Positions 37,230-50,092 of a stretch of DNA of 64,000 bases are shown here, one piece after another. The stretch covers positions 62,001-126,000 of the forward strand of contig MU626265.1 of NCBI GenBank assembly GCA_025603075.1. Reading direction: 5' to 3'. The position numbers were made by a program, and so were the translations under genes. Under the pieces are notes generated by a model. The model worked only from the letters and a program-made list of their open reading frames with translations, made no database searches and was not told where the DNA came from. The DNA is from Neoconidiobolus thromboides FSU 785 (lineage: Eukaryota; Fungi; Entomophthoromycota). Every line of letters begins with the position of its first letter. The stretch's first letter is position 1.

Positions 37230-39480
37230 TAAAAAAGCTAATAATGATATTTGAGAAACCTAGCTACGAATCAATAAGCTCAAAAAAGTCAGGGCAAACG
37301 GGTAATAGAACATCATGCTAAGTAAACTTAGTTCTTATGGTCTTTGATCTAGAAGTTTATGTGGATGCTGATGCTGCCAAAATTCTAGCAAAAGAGAGAA
37401 GACATGCTAAATAAGGTATATGAATTACTCATAAAAGGTAGGTAGGTTTGATTTTATTAGTTATCTAATTCTCACAATTAAATTGGCTTGTGAAGGAGCA
37501 TCAGGTAAAGAATTCCTTGGTATCCAACATAAGCTTGTGGATAAATTGAATATATATTCATTTTTAACTTATTAATAGATACTTATTAGAGTGCTTCAAT
37601 CCTCAAGTAAGCTTGAAAATCCTATTCAAAAGGAGAATTTGTATTCAGGTAAACGAATAAAAGCAATAGGGGTATATTCAAATAATTGGAGCAAGCGGAT
37701 CATTGCTGAGTTAGAAATTTGCTCTATAAACTATATAATAATGGAGTTATGTGGTTTTTATGGAAAAGATAAACTGGGCTATATCGCTGGTCGCCCAGAA
37801 ATTGAAACCTCTAGTCTTAAATTATTATAAGTTGTTGTTTTTATAGAAAAATAAGACTGACTTACAGCAGATTAAGTTACTGATTTATATTAATCAAGTT
37901 GGTAATCGAGAGGATGAACCTGCCTTGTCACATTAGAGAAAAAACTATCAAAGTAACACTGGTTTCTTTTGACAAAGTAGAAGCCATAAAAAAAGACAAC
38001 TCATTTATCCAGACCCTTCTAAACTAGACTCTACCTATGTTATCGTCTATATTCCTGGTATTACTAGTCCATCTAGAGAGGTAATTACAATTAATTTAAG
38101 CTATTTGGATTTCTTATCGAGTAGACAAGAAATTTTTTGGGAACCAAATCTCTTTATTACCTATCTGTATATACATTTAGCTCATGTTTATAAAAAATTT
38201 AATTCGATGTATACTATCTACTGCCAAGGCAAAATAGAGTCAATCAAAGTGCTATTTCTAATCTTGAGAGTATACAGCTCCTTTAACTTGTTTGATTAAT
38301 GATACTCCTTAGATCATTATGAATGATTTACAAGTTGGTAAAGGAGGATTGTAACCTTAAGAGTTCCAACGTTAGGCTATTAAAACAAGCTATTGGGAAT
38401 AAACCAGCTAATTATAGAAATGGATTAGATGTTAAATCTAAAAAGTATGATTGTTTGTTTGAAAAATATAAAGCATTTTTTGGTGGCCAAGTTCAATTGC
38501 TTGGGGTTACCGCTGCACCTATATCATTGGAAACCTTAGAAGTTGTAAAACTAATTATGTTGGCAGATATAATAAAAGATATTAGTATATTACTGATATG
38601 TAAGTTATTATTGAATTAGTTTAGGCTATGATACAACAAAAGGATCAGTTATTGTAATAAGCTATAAATCAGAACTTGATTCAGATAGAGTTGGGTCACT
38701 CTTAAATAAATAATTTCATTTTTGATTATTAACTTATTTCTTACACCCTTCTTACTGTCAATTTAAATTAATTGATATACCAGAGAGGGTATTTAAGTAA
38801 TGATAAACCAAGCCCATAAGGCAAAGTTTATGTTCAAAGTCTTCGTGTATTTCAAGGATATTTTAAAAATGATGAAGTCGCAAGAAAGCATTTAGTGATG
38901 ATAGTTTTTAATTGTAGATGTTGGAATAACAAATGAAAAAGACATAATACACATTATTGATGGAAGATATTATATGTATAAGTTGGATAACAATGCTTTA
39001 TAACATCATTCTTAGTTATAGATATTAACAGTTTTTAGCTTATCATGTATTGCCCGAAAGAACAGAGAAAGTTACCAATTCTCATAACTTAATTTACAGT
39101 CTTTTGTATATGCTCAGTCTACTGACTATCATATGGGGTGAATTTAGTTGTACATAAAGAAAACGATTTTTAAGATGGGTAAAAGAGCAACTAAATGGTT
39201 CCAACTTAACTATGGAACAGGTATATAAAAATTGTATATTAAACCATTTGTTATCAAATGGGTTAGAGGGGATGTATAAAGATAGAGGGTTTGTCAGGTA
39301 ACCCCACTTTCGAAATTTACTGGTTTTTGATAGTTACTTCAGCTTTGAAGCCGTTGAGTTTATTCACACTCATCCTATTCCTCTTTACAAAATAAAATTT
39401 TAAACGATATGTAGGTATCTCTAAAATTTATCAGTTTACTAATCTACTTTTTAGCTGTGAAATGAAATGCCATGCTATTA
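37230..39480 (+). pseudogene. Decayed long-chain acyl-CoA synthetase (ACSL/FAA type)
   Basis: Collinear fragments GKEFLGIQH, AIGVYSNNWSKRIIAEL, a decayed AMP-binding motif VIVYIPGITSPSREV, EKYKAFFGGQVQLLGVTAAPIS, RVFQGYFKNDE and FEAVEFIHTHP, broken by stops and frameshifts. Ends approximate. Confidence 0.75.
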
Positions 39481-40096
39481 TTGAAAAGTTCCTACCGATT
39501 CTTCAAAAATTTTATTCTAAAATATCACATGTTATTAAACCCAATGTTGTTAGAAATTCATTTTTAAATATTTATGGAGTTATGGTATTCTTATGCTGAT
39601 TTACCAATATTACGAGATAAGCAGAGTTATAACTTAAGACATTTTTTATATTGGCTGGTGTTGTATTTTATATACATTCATTCTACCTTAATTAAGTAAA
39701 AAAAATAGTTTAATAACAAACATAATCCTAGAAATTAGATCAAAAACATGTACAAAAAGCCGAAATTTAAAAGGAACAATACATTGGCATAAAGGTAAAT
39801 TCAAAACAAGCGGAAGTATGATAAATTTAATTTCATAACCTTAAAAAATAAGCCATAATGTAATTTTTTATTCATTTTAGTGATCTGAAACTTAATAAAA
39901 GCCCAAAAATAAAAATAAAGGCATTATTACTGCACAATTTAATTTAGGCTGGGTTAGATTTAAATCTAAATTTTATTTGAGTTTAGTAAGCTTAAATATA
40001 TAGTATAAAAAAAGAAAATTATAAGAATAAAAAATAAATAATTGTGTTTTGTTTTTTTAATTGTAATTTGTATATATTTTTCATAAAGTTTAGGTG

Positions 40097-40981
40097 ATGT
40101 TAATACAGGGTTCTAAAACAATAATCATAATTTCCTCATCAAGTATTTTAGCTAATTTACTAGTGATACTATTGTTAGTAAATCAACCTAGACGTCTATT
40201 ATATAGTTTAAAAATAATAGCTATAACTACAGTTGTAGATTTATTAACTTCAATATTATTTTTGACATTCTCGTTACTAAACATATGGGATAAAATCAAC
40301 ACTGATTTCTATTGTCAAGTGATAGGCTCCTTAAGTCCATTGGCAATCATATTATCATGTTTATTAGTAACTAGTTTAGCCATAGAAAGATATAATGTAG
40401 TAAAATACGGGAAAAATATTAGCAAAATCAAGCTTCTAGCCATCATTTCATTACTACTATGCCCGGTTGTAGTCTTAACTATATTGCTACTATATAATCA
40501 AGAGTATGCTCTAGCTCCATCGAGTGAATATTGTATTGCCAAAAATTCAATACTTGGTTTAGTTTATAAAGCATTAGTGACTTTAATCTTATTAATCTTA
40601 CTGCCTTTGATAACCTATTATTATATAAAGATATTAGTATTATTAGCCCGGGTCAACTTTGACAACCATGTTGTAATCTACCTAGATAGTATCAATGTTT
40701 TAAGCTATTCTATTAAAAAAGAAAATAAGTGGAATACTACTTGGATATTTGTCCGTTCGATTCTGATTATTTTGGCTTATAATTTGGTCCTAATACCTCT
40801 TTTGGTCTCTAGTTTGTGGTCCACAATTGATCCAAAATCAAAACCGGAGGTCTTGGATCGAATCGGAGCTATTGCCATCTTTCTTATTTTTATTATTAAT
40901 CCCATCATTATACTGGGGCTTCATAGTACCCTGAGTAAAGATTTTTATAAATTGGTTTTTTGCAAAAAAGCAAGACAGTGA
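40097..40981 (+). CDS. Class A (rhodopsin-like) 7TM GPCR-like protein, intronless
   Basis: Seven hydrophobic segments. TM1 ANLLV, TM2 Asp, YC before TM3, LAIERY, ECL2 EYC, TM6 Pro, TM7 NPII. Confidence 0.85.
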   Translation: MLIQGSKTIIIISSSSILANLLVILLLVNQPRRLLYSLKIIAITTVVDLLTSILFLTFSLLNIWDKINTDFYCQVIGSLSPLAIILSCLLVTSLAIERYNVVKYGKNISKIKLLAIISLLLCPVVVLTILLLYNQEYALAPSSEYCIAKNSILGLVYKALVTLILLILLPLITYYYIKILVLLARVNFDNHVVIYLDSINVLSYSIKKENKWNTTWIFVRSILIILAYNLVLIPLLVSSLWSTIDPKSKPEVLDRIGAIAIFLIFIINPIIILGLHSTLSKDFYKLVFCKKARQ

Positions 40982-41111
40982 ACTCATAGTAGAACTTTAA
41001 GGTTTTTTCTTAATATAGTAAACAGCCCTTAAATAAAGTGTAATTAATTTTAATTTTTAGAAAGGTTTATTAGGATATAATAAAATAATTTAACTTTATA
41101 GTTCATGACAT

Positions 41112-42937
41112 TTATATATAAATTAAGTAACTGAATATCTTGTTTTTTAAATCTTCGGATAGTTCAAACCTATGAATTGAATAACTAATCCACCTTAAAG
41201 CTTGTATTGAATCTGCTCTTTGCATTCTAGATTTTAACTTTGAAGCTTCAAACAATAAATTAATTAAAGCTAGAGCTCTAGCTTTACAATCTTCAAATAG
41301 AGCACTCACTTCTTGGTTACCATCATCTTGATTTAGAATATTCAAATAAACAAAGATGGGGTAAATGGATTGTAAGAAATGGGGGAATGGATGTGGTACT
41401 TTTGTTTCAAAATAATAGTTGCTATTAAAATCTAATATATTATTTGAGCGACTGCCATGCATTATAAAATAATAAATAAACACAATATTCGCGGATCGAT
41501 ACAATACTTGAATTTTATCATAACCAAAATGAACCGGAGTAATAAACCCAAGTAATTGAGGGTAATATAAAAATATATATAAAATTGCAATAATAAACTT
41601 TAATTGCTTTTTAAATGGTAAATGGGTAACAAGGTCTTCCTTAAACTCAATCTCAGCTCCCATCTTTTCCAATGCCTGTTCTATATCTTTCCCAATCGGA
41701 AACTGAGTTTCTAGCCATTTTAATTTGCTCAATGCTTGTTGAAATTCATGTTCTGATAAATTGTATTTTTCACTTGGGATATCTTCTACCTTATAATTAT
41801 AACCATATTCCATATTAGTTTTTTGAATGTGAGAAGTGATACTAACGAATACTTCTGTAAACACACGTCCATAAGTAGTGGTATGCATTTCAGCTCTACG
41901 AATATAAGGAAGGTTGTCAGTCTCTTTATGATCGACGCTAATATTGTTTTGTTGTAAGCTGGGTGGCATTCTGATATTGAATACTTCTGGCGAAAATTTA
42001 GAACTTAGGTCTGGGGAGCTTAATTTCAAAATTAAAAATAACAACGATAGCCCTTTCCACAATTTTTTTATTTCGTTTTTTTTTATAGTACTGAATCTTA
42101 TCATTCCTTCTTCACAGTCAAGCGTTTGGAGCATCCTTACTGCTGTAATATAATGACCTACTGCTAAATCGAAATCAAATAACGCTATGCAGTTGTAAGT
42201 TAAAAAGCCTAAGGCTATGATTGTATCTAACTCTGGAGCTACATAAGCTTGAGTTAATAATTTCCTGGCTTTTTTCATGTTGTTAAAATATAACTCATTA
42301 TAATTAGGATCTTCTGGATGGATAGTAAATCGGGCTAATATAGAGATAAAAGTATAAGAAAGGATCGATGGATTCTTTTTTCTCACTATTCCGTTGACCC
42401 TTTCTTTTGGTAACCATAAACTATAGACATCTATCACGCTTAAAAATACTAGAGCCCCCCTCTCAAAAAATCGGCCATAGTTTAAGCTTAGTTTGGTATC
42501 CTTTCCTTTATCTATATTGCTTTTATTATAGTTTTTATTCATGTTTGAGATGAAATTGAATAGGGAGGTTTCAAAATTACTGATTTGTTGAACTAAATTT
42601 TCTTCATTTTCGATTTTCAAACTCTCATTTCTACCTTCTTTCAGTTTTTCATAAACCCAAGTAAGATAATCTAACCACGATCAATAAGAAAATTATTGTT
42701 ATAACGCTTATTCTTCTACTTACCTTTAAACGGATTAACATCTAACGAATGCCATGCTTTACTAACTTCAAAATAAATGATGTATTTTCTAATTATTCGC
42801 TCAAGCTGATCGATTCGAAATTTGATTTCATCCACTTTACTCCGTATTTTTATCCTGTCTCTACTTTGTCTGTTTGCCTTGGTATTTTTATCATTCAAAA
42901 TCTGCTCAGCTGTTATTGTTTTGAATGTAATATTCAT
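41112..42937 (-). CDS. Putative fungal transcription factor (Fungal_trans/MHR-like domain, basic plus coiled N-terminus), 2 exons, about 590 aa
   Basis: GT-AG intron 42723-42671 joins ORF 42716..42937 in frame to ORF 41112..42620. LDTIIALGFL...AVRMLQTL...EIKKLWKGL resembles the fungal TF middle homology region. Confidence 0.65.
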
Positions 42938-44544
42938 TTAAAAAGCATTTTTTATTTTCTCATTTTTATGCAAAAAATTGATTTTTTTGTTGTGCCATTT
43001 TGCCCAAAATTATAATAAAGTTATAAAAAATGGATTGCAACAATATCTTATTTATATCGAGTTTTAATAATTAAAGAGAAAACCGTCATTACATAATAGT
43101 ATAAAAAGATGATACATAGAATAAATAAATTCAAAAGTAATTAAAACTCACAATTTTTTTGTTCTAATTTAAAATATTCAAATCTAAAAAGCTAAATCTT
43201 AGCAAATGATGCCATCCATAAAGTAGATAACCAAAATTTTAAAATTTTAATACTGTTAAATACTTACAGCTATTGCAACTCTTTTGTGATAATTTAGCCT
43301 CCTACTTAAGAAAAAAACTTATGCCAAAATATGGCTAAAATTGGGGATCAGGTTTTAAAAATTGACTATGTAAAAAAGTTAATTAAAGTTATCACCAAAA
43401 AAAGTTGCAAAATCTGTAAACAAAAAAAAAGAACAAGTTTATAAATATTTTTTTAAAATCAAGGCCGTGTCAACTAAGCCATCAATTCTGATGCCAACTT
43501 TACTCATATAATTGAGTCTGACTCCTCAAAGGAGGATGCTCAAATACTGTAGCATGAACAAAAGCATGAGCACCAATTTCTGGTCGCTTATGATCTAAAA
43601 TATGGTCATTAATTCTATTATTATTTGTGAATAAATGTTTAGATGAATTCCGATATATTGCAAAAATGGATTTAGCCTTTATAAACTAAGATAACACACA
43701 ACTTAATTGTAAAAATATAAAAGAAGCCCTAGTTTACCATCTGCGTTAATATCGTTACTATGAAAAAAGCAGTATAGGCTAATTGATTAAGAGGATGATA
43801 AAGCATTTTTCGGTTTGGTTATCTGTGTGTGACTTTTTAATAAAATTAATAAATGTGTACTAATGACTTTAAAATAAGCACAATGAGTGAAATAGTGATT
43901 GTTTAATAATAACATATTTAGTAATGACTTACCTTATTTACTGTTTATATATTTTGAAATTAAGCATTCATAAAAATTAATGAATTAATTAAAAGAGTGA
44001 GATGAAATTTCAAATATTTAATTTGAAATTTGAAGTGAATAAAATTAGTTATAATTCAAAGCATTTTTTGGCTGTAACATTTAACTTTTTAAGCTGGCAT
44101 ATTTATGCTTGTTTCATTTAGGGAAATTACACAGAATAAAGAGATTTTGTCAAAATAAGGCTAAGTATATAAGTTATAGCTTTTATATATTAACTATTCA
44201 ATATATTAATGTAGCAAATATGTGAACCTCGATTTATACCATAACGATTTAACTAATTAGTTCTACTTTCGTAAATTAAAAGCTATAGATAAAATGATAG
44301 AGTTAAAATAAAGGAACCTCTTATATTAGCTATAATTAAAATAAGCATAAAAAAGGTTAAATTTTCTAAAATTTATTTTCAAATGGTGGCACACCTTAAA
44401 ACAATGCATTAAAAAATCAAATTCATTTAATGATTTTAGATACATTAATGCTTTAAAAAACAAAGCTAGCTAGTATATAAACTACTAAAATGTCTCAAAA
44501 TTTATTTCCACATTTTCTACCTTTTTATTTATCTATAAAATATC

Positions 44545-45477
44545 ATGTTAAATAAAGTAGGCTTATACGTATGCTTTATTATAATATCTCTTTTAGGAGT
44601 TATAGCGAACTCCATCATTCAATTTATCTTATATAATTGTCCAAAGCTAACTTTAAACTTACGAATAGTATCCTTAAACTCGATAAATGATTTAATAATA
44701 AGTATAATGAGTGTTATATTTTATATTTATTTACTTATAGCTGATGAACCGCCAACTGGTTCTTTAACTCAAATCATCGGCGCTTTTTACACTATTTTTA
44801 TATTCACTTCAGTCACTTTAGTTGGTTTATTTACTATCGAGAGGTATCTAAAAGCTTGTTTTAAATATTCTTTGGATATGCTACTTATAAAAATTGTAGT
44901 TATTGTGATGGCTTCAGTAATAAGTATCTCGAGTGTCACTCTAGCAATTTTAGGAGAATATCAATTTGATGGTCAAGAATTTTATCATATTAGTGAAGAT
45001 GGCAGCTTTGGTAGTTTTGTAAAAATGTTGAGTTTAACAGTATACACTGTTGTTTTATGTATTATCATCTTTTGTTACATCCATATCAGTATTTCAATCA
45101 ACAAAAAAATTCGCCCAATCTCCTTTTTTGGTATTGCTTCGGCATCATCAATGATTAATAATAAGCCAATTTATGTAAAGCAAACAAAATCTGAAGTTTC
45201 ACTCTCTGTCGTGTATCGTAGCATCATTATATTATTGTTGTATACTTTTTTACTTTTGCCCCAAATTATCAACTTTATTTGGACTGCTGTTCCAGATACC
45301 GACCCTACTGATTGGCTACAAGAGTTATCATCGATCTTATTAATATTGATTGTTTTAGTCAATCCTCTACTTACTCTTACTTTACATTCTAACTTATCTG
45401 GTCGACTTGTTTCCTATTTTTATGGGTCAAGGTATTCTACTGGTATATGCAATCCTCGTTTTACAACTCAATCATAA
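44545..45477 (+). CDS. Class A (rhodopsin-like) 7TM GPCR-like protein, intronless, paralog of 40097..40981
   Basis: GVIANS in TM1, NDL in TM2, TIERY, TM5 CYIHI, TM6 LLP, TM7 NPLL followed by LHSNLS. Confidence 0.85.
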   Translation: MLNKVGLYVCFIIISLLGVIANSIIQFILYNCPKLTLNLRIVSLNSINDLIISIMSVIFYIYLLIADEPPTGSLTQIIGAFYTIFIFTSVTLVGLFTIERYLKACFKYSLDMLLIKIVVIVMASVISISSVTLAILGEYQFDGQEFYHISEDGSFGSFVKMLSLTVYTVVLCIIIFCYIHISISINKKIRPISFFGIASASSMINNKPIYVKQTKSEVSLSVVYRSIIILLLYTFLLLPQIINFIWTAVPDTDPTDWLQELSSILLILIVLVNPLLTLTLHSNLSGRLVSYFYGSRYSTGICNPRFTTQS

Positions 45478-45552
45478 TAAATAATTTATTTAATTTAAAC
45501 TTTTAAAAACAAATAAACATCTTAATCTCAATTTAGTTTCTTGCTTTTTTTT

Positions 45553-46704
45553 TTAATTATCAAATTTATCTTTAAACTCTTTAACATTTAATAGTAGCTT
45601 CTCGGCCATCACTATCGAATTTGGGAATACCCCCTCTGGATTTGGATGATCGTTTAAACTTTCTAAAAAACTTTCAATATAGCCTTGAATCGCATTGGCT
45701 CTTTTAACAGCTTCTTTAATAGATAGCTTACCATGGGTAGAGCGAGGCTTAGGTGGCGGTGAAGGCTGTTTAGATATCAGGGGTGGTGCAGCTATAGTAG
45801 AAGGAGGTAGGATAGGTTCAGGAATGATTAAAGACTCTATATCATTAAAAAAAGAAGGGGATATGGGTTGATTTAAATGTGTTTTCATAGGAGAAAGTAA
45901 TTTGATTGGGCTTAATGCTGGTTTTATTTCTGCCGTTAATTTTGGTTTGTTATTATTCGTTATACCTTTTCTTTTTATATATTGTCGCTTTTGTGGCTTT
46001 TTTATAGCTAATAGAGAGTTAGTGTTGATTTACATGATATAAATAAGGTTACGTTCTGTTGTCTTAAGTTGTGGTTTTTCTATCTTATAATCATTTTCGA
46101 TTTCTTTGATTTCAGTTATTTGGTTATAGGGTACTTTATTTGTCCTTCGCCCTCTGAGTGTAGTGAACTTTGGTGGCGAGTTCATTTCTTCATTTTGTTT
46201 TATATCGTCTTTACTATCTTTCTTCAAATTTTTTGAAGTTTTAGACTCTGACTTTCTACTCTTTTTGAATTCCGGAAGCTCAGTATCTGATCCTCCTTTT
46301 TTATTTTTGAAAGTGTATGCTTTATCTGGCCTGTATGTTCTATAAAATAGTTAATTTGTTATTCATTTTTTAAAACTAAATTCAAACCTTGCTGAAGTTC
46401 TTTCATTTACCTGATGACTCTCTGGTGAACAAAACTCGCAATAATAAATTGATGGCTCATTATTCTCATCAACTCCCATACATCTCATATGTTGCCAAAC
46501 TAAGCACTCTTCACATTGAATGAATTTTATGTAAGAAGCTAAATTGTCATTAGGTTTAGATTAGTAAAATCGAAATCAAAAGCATTACCCTTATTTTCAC
46601 AAACACATCTAACTTGGCCATCTTCGTTCCCTTGGGATGAGTCAGCTAATTGAGAAAGAGATAAGCATAAATTGAAATTTTTGAAATTGAGAATACATAC
46701 ACAT
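45553..46704 (-). CDS. PHD-finger protein, Cti6-like (Rpd3L-associated), multi-exon
   Basis: Spliced VRCVCENK/...FIQCEECLVWQHMRCMG...YYCEFCSPESH. C-terminal KLSIKEAVKRANAIQGYI...AEKLLLNVKEFKDKF resembles the Cti6 tail. Confidence 0.75.
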
Positions 46705-47337
46705 TTTTAGGTAAAAAATCAAAGAACATCTATTGAATTTTTTACTAAATCATTTTTCTAAAATAATAAGCCATTTCTAATTTGTTGAGAAAAGTTAATT
46801 AGAAATTTAAATTTTGAATCCTATTTTTTTGCAGTAATTAGAATCTTTTTGGTTTTTGCTGCTTTTTATCATTGCTGATTGTGGTGTATAAATTAGTTAT
46901 TCAACTAAAGTTTATAATACTACAGTTAATTTATAACTTCAGCAATTTTCAATAAACTTTGTATATTTTGGCGATTAAGTTATGTATCTAAACCAAATAA
47001 ATTCCCGAAAATTGACATCATGTAATATTACATAGCTATTCTTATAAAACTAAGTGTTTTAGTATATGAATATTTACTTAATAAAAGAAACTAATAGCTT
47101 CTCAAGTTGGTACTTTTTTAAAGTATATTATTAATTAAATCGAAGCTAAATATAAAAAGCGTTTTCACTTGTATTTAAATAAAAAGTATTAAATAATGGC
47201 AGGAGTTTTAAAATAAATGCTATTGTTATTATAAAATGATAATAGGTCGCCTACAAATTATAGCTTTAAATCATTTATTCAAGTATTTTATAGAGATTGC
47301 TTAAAGGAAGATAGAGATGAAGATTTATATTGTACGC

Positions 47338-48913
47338 TCAGATCTTAGTGAACTTGACCTTTAAGTCTTTAGGACTAAATAGGCCTAAAGATGGTAAAAT
47401 AGGATAGTTATAATGTGGTGAATTCTCGGGTAGAGAGACATTAAATTCGAGCAACAAAGCTATCAAAAACACTTTTTGCTCTAATAAAGAAAACTGATTG
47501 CCTAAACACATTCTAGCCCCATAACCAAAAGTAAGTAACAAACTGGTCATTTTTTTGTTGATTTTGGTTTTGTTATCTTCAGTCATTAAGAAGCGTTCAG
47601 GTTCAAATTCTTCTGGATTTTTAAATAAAACTGGGTCCTTCATTGCAAGCCCTAAGTGTAACATGATTGATTGATTAGTATCCACAACTAAATTACTTTC
47701 TAAGGTAACTGGTCGATTTGGTTTGCGGCTAAGTATAGGTACTACTGGTATAGATCTCAAAGTTTCATAAATTATGGCATCTAGATAAACAATCTCATTT
47801 AAAATAGTTTGGTTCAAATTTAGGTCTTTCAACGTGCCCTTTGGTCCCAATACATCTTTTATTTCTTGTCTCAATTTGTATTGGATTTCCTACTCTTTAG
47901 TTAGTATAATAATTATTGCTAATTAATTTTTATTACTGGATATTTAGCTAAATAGTATATAGCTGAAGTTAATGTATGGGCAGTTGTGTCATGTCCAGCG
48001 ATAAAAAATATGATGGCATTATTCTAAAATGTAAAAAATAAGAAAAGAGTTATATTAAAATGAAACCAGTAATTACTATAATTAACTCATCAGTAAGTCC
48101 CTCCAATTCATCATCAGAAGATTGTATCATTAATGATAACAGATTGGAACCTTTTTCATTATCATTAGATACAGCCAATTTTTTTCTTTCGTCATCAACT
48201 AGTCCTTTTATATAGCTACGAAACTTAGCAGTATCACTATATAATTTCATTCTTGATGGAAAGGGAAAGTAATTTAAAAAAGGTAACATAAGAAACAAAG
48301 GGTTTAAGATTTCATTCATGAGGTTATTATATAAGTGAGCCATCTCATTATCTTGATTACCGATAGTATTAAAATCGATATCAAACACAGCTAGCCCTAA
48401 GCTATCTAAGGTACCAGCTTTAAAAATTTCCATAACCTCAATTTCTTGGTTGCTAGCATTCTGGATTTTATCACAAATTTTATTTGCCACAGTTATAAAA
48501 ATCTCTAAATCCCATCCCCTTTTAAATGCTGGATTAACTACTTTTTTATGTACTTTCCACTTCTTTTTATCCACTTCAGCAATATTTTCTCTTATTAACC
48601 CAAAGTCATTCATCATTTCATTCTGATTAATCTTAACAAAAGTCTCATCATTAAGAAGTATCTTTTTAATGATATCCATGTCTTTTACCAATATAAACCA
48701 TCGACCTAGAAATATACTTATGAATCGGTTTTTTGAGAATAAAGGATTAATTAAGAGTTCGTCTCTCAATTGACCGGAGGTTTGAAGTAATATATGATAC
48801 AGCATCATTAATGTGCTCACACTTGGTAATTGAGATACATTTTTATTTAGCCGAAGCTTGAAATAAATGTAGGAAAATGAAAGAATAGTAGATAATAAAA
48901 TATATAAAATCAT
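47338..48913 (-). CDS. Cytochrome P450, 3 exons
   Basis: N-terminal anchor, I-helix FIAGHDTTA (47970-48010), ETLR, PERF and heme motif FGYGARMCLG. Confidence 0.95.
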
Positions 48914-49349
48914 TTTTTGACTTTTTCTTTAGAATTTATAATATTTCTTTTTATACTTAAACTTTGATATTGTTTTTTAAAACTATACAGTGTTCATGTT
49001 TTAATTTATCTTGAATAGGTTGATAGATAAATTTATTTTTCAAAAATTCGGATGTCTGTTGCTCCGTTAAGCCAATTATATTACCCCTCAAAATTTTATA
49101 GAATTTGAAATGGGACTACTTGAATAATAAAGTGAAAACTGTTTTAGATTTAATAGTTTATTTAAATCAACATCGAGTTTAATAAAAATACCGCATTATT
49201 CTGAAATCAGTATTAATTTATAAGTATGTTGCTAGTATTATTTTTCTTTATAAAAACTACATAGCCAACAATATCGGGTCCATTATAAAGAAAGACCTGT
49301 GTTTTCCTTTATAGTTAATTCAAAGCTTAAAAAGTATATTATATTGAGT

Positions 49350-49451
49350 ACATGAGGGTGTTTTTTTCCATCCTTTTTTCTATCTTTTAAGCGTTACCTA
49401 AGCGGAAAAATTGTTGGTAAGATTCTTAAACCTAAAAATATATCCCCATGT
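49350..49451 (+). mobile_element. MITE family 1 copy with flanks AC-AT|...|AT-GT
   Basis: ACATGAGGGTG...TATCCCCATGT. Confidence 0.8.
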
Positions 49452-50092
49452 TTTAGTTTATTTTATTGTAGTATTAAAAGCTATAATATTTGGTAAAATA
49501 TTGGTAAAAGCAGGAATTTATAAAAAATATATTGTCATGTTTTTTTGAGTTTTATTTATTTGTACATTTTCCATACATAAAATCAATAAAATAAGTAAAT
49601 ATTGAAATAGAAAAAGATAACCCCATACAAAAGTAGTTATTTATTTATTTAATTAGACCAAGAATATACCAACGTATTTTTATCTCAGTATTTAATCAAG
49701 AAAGTCATTTACTTTATTTACAATGGGCAAGTAGTGAAGCAAAAAACATTTCTACATTGATTTTGAAATTTAAACCAAAGTAAATGAAAAAGCATTTTCA
49801 ATTATAGTCTAGCTTTAAGACGTTCATTTATAACAATTTTTAAATACTCTTAGCTACTAAAATAGTAGAAAACAAAAGCTACATTTTAATGAAAACTTTG
49901 TCAAAGGGGGACTTTCTGATAAAAAACTATGACCACTTTTTTTGAAGGGAATCTGTGCTCAGTTTTTCCATTAATATGGGCAAGTTTAAAAGCTTGATGA
50001 AAATTAACAATGAAATTTTCCATATCACTTCTTTTTTCATTTTCTATGTAGCGTGAATTTTTGAAATTTTTAATTAATGAATGATAATAAGC

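Noticed and set aside
37348-37380. LEVYVDADAA as a copia RNase H remnant
   Set aside because: The match is only about 10 aa, lies within the collinear ACSL pseudogene 5' region, and no RT or integrase fragments are nearby.
40097-45477. The GPCRs as light-sensing opsins
   Set aside because: The position six residues before the TM7 Asn (retinal Lys in rhodopsin) is Phe in one and Ile in the other.
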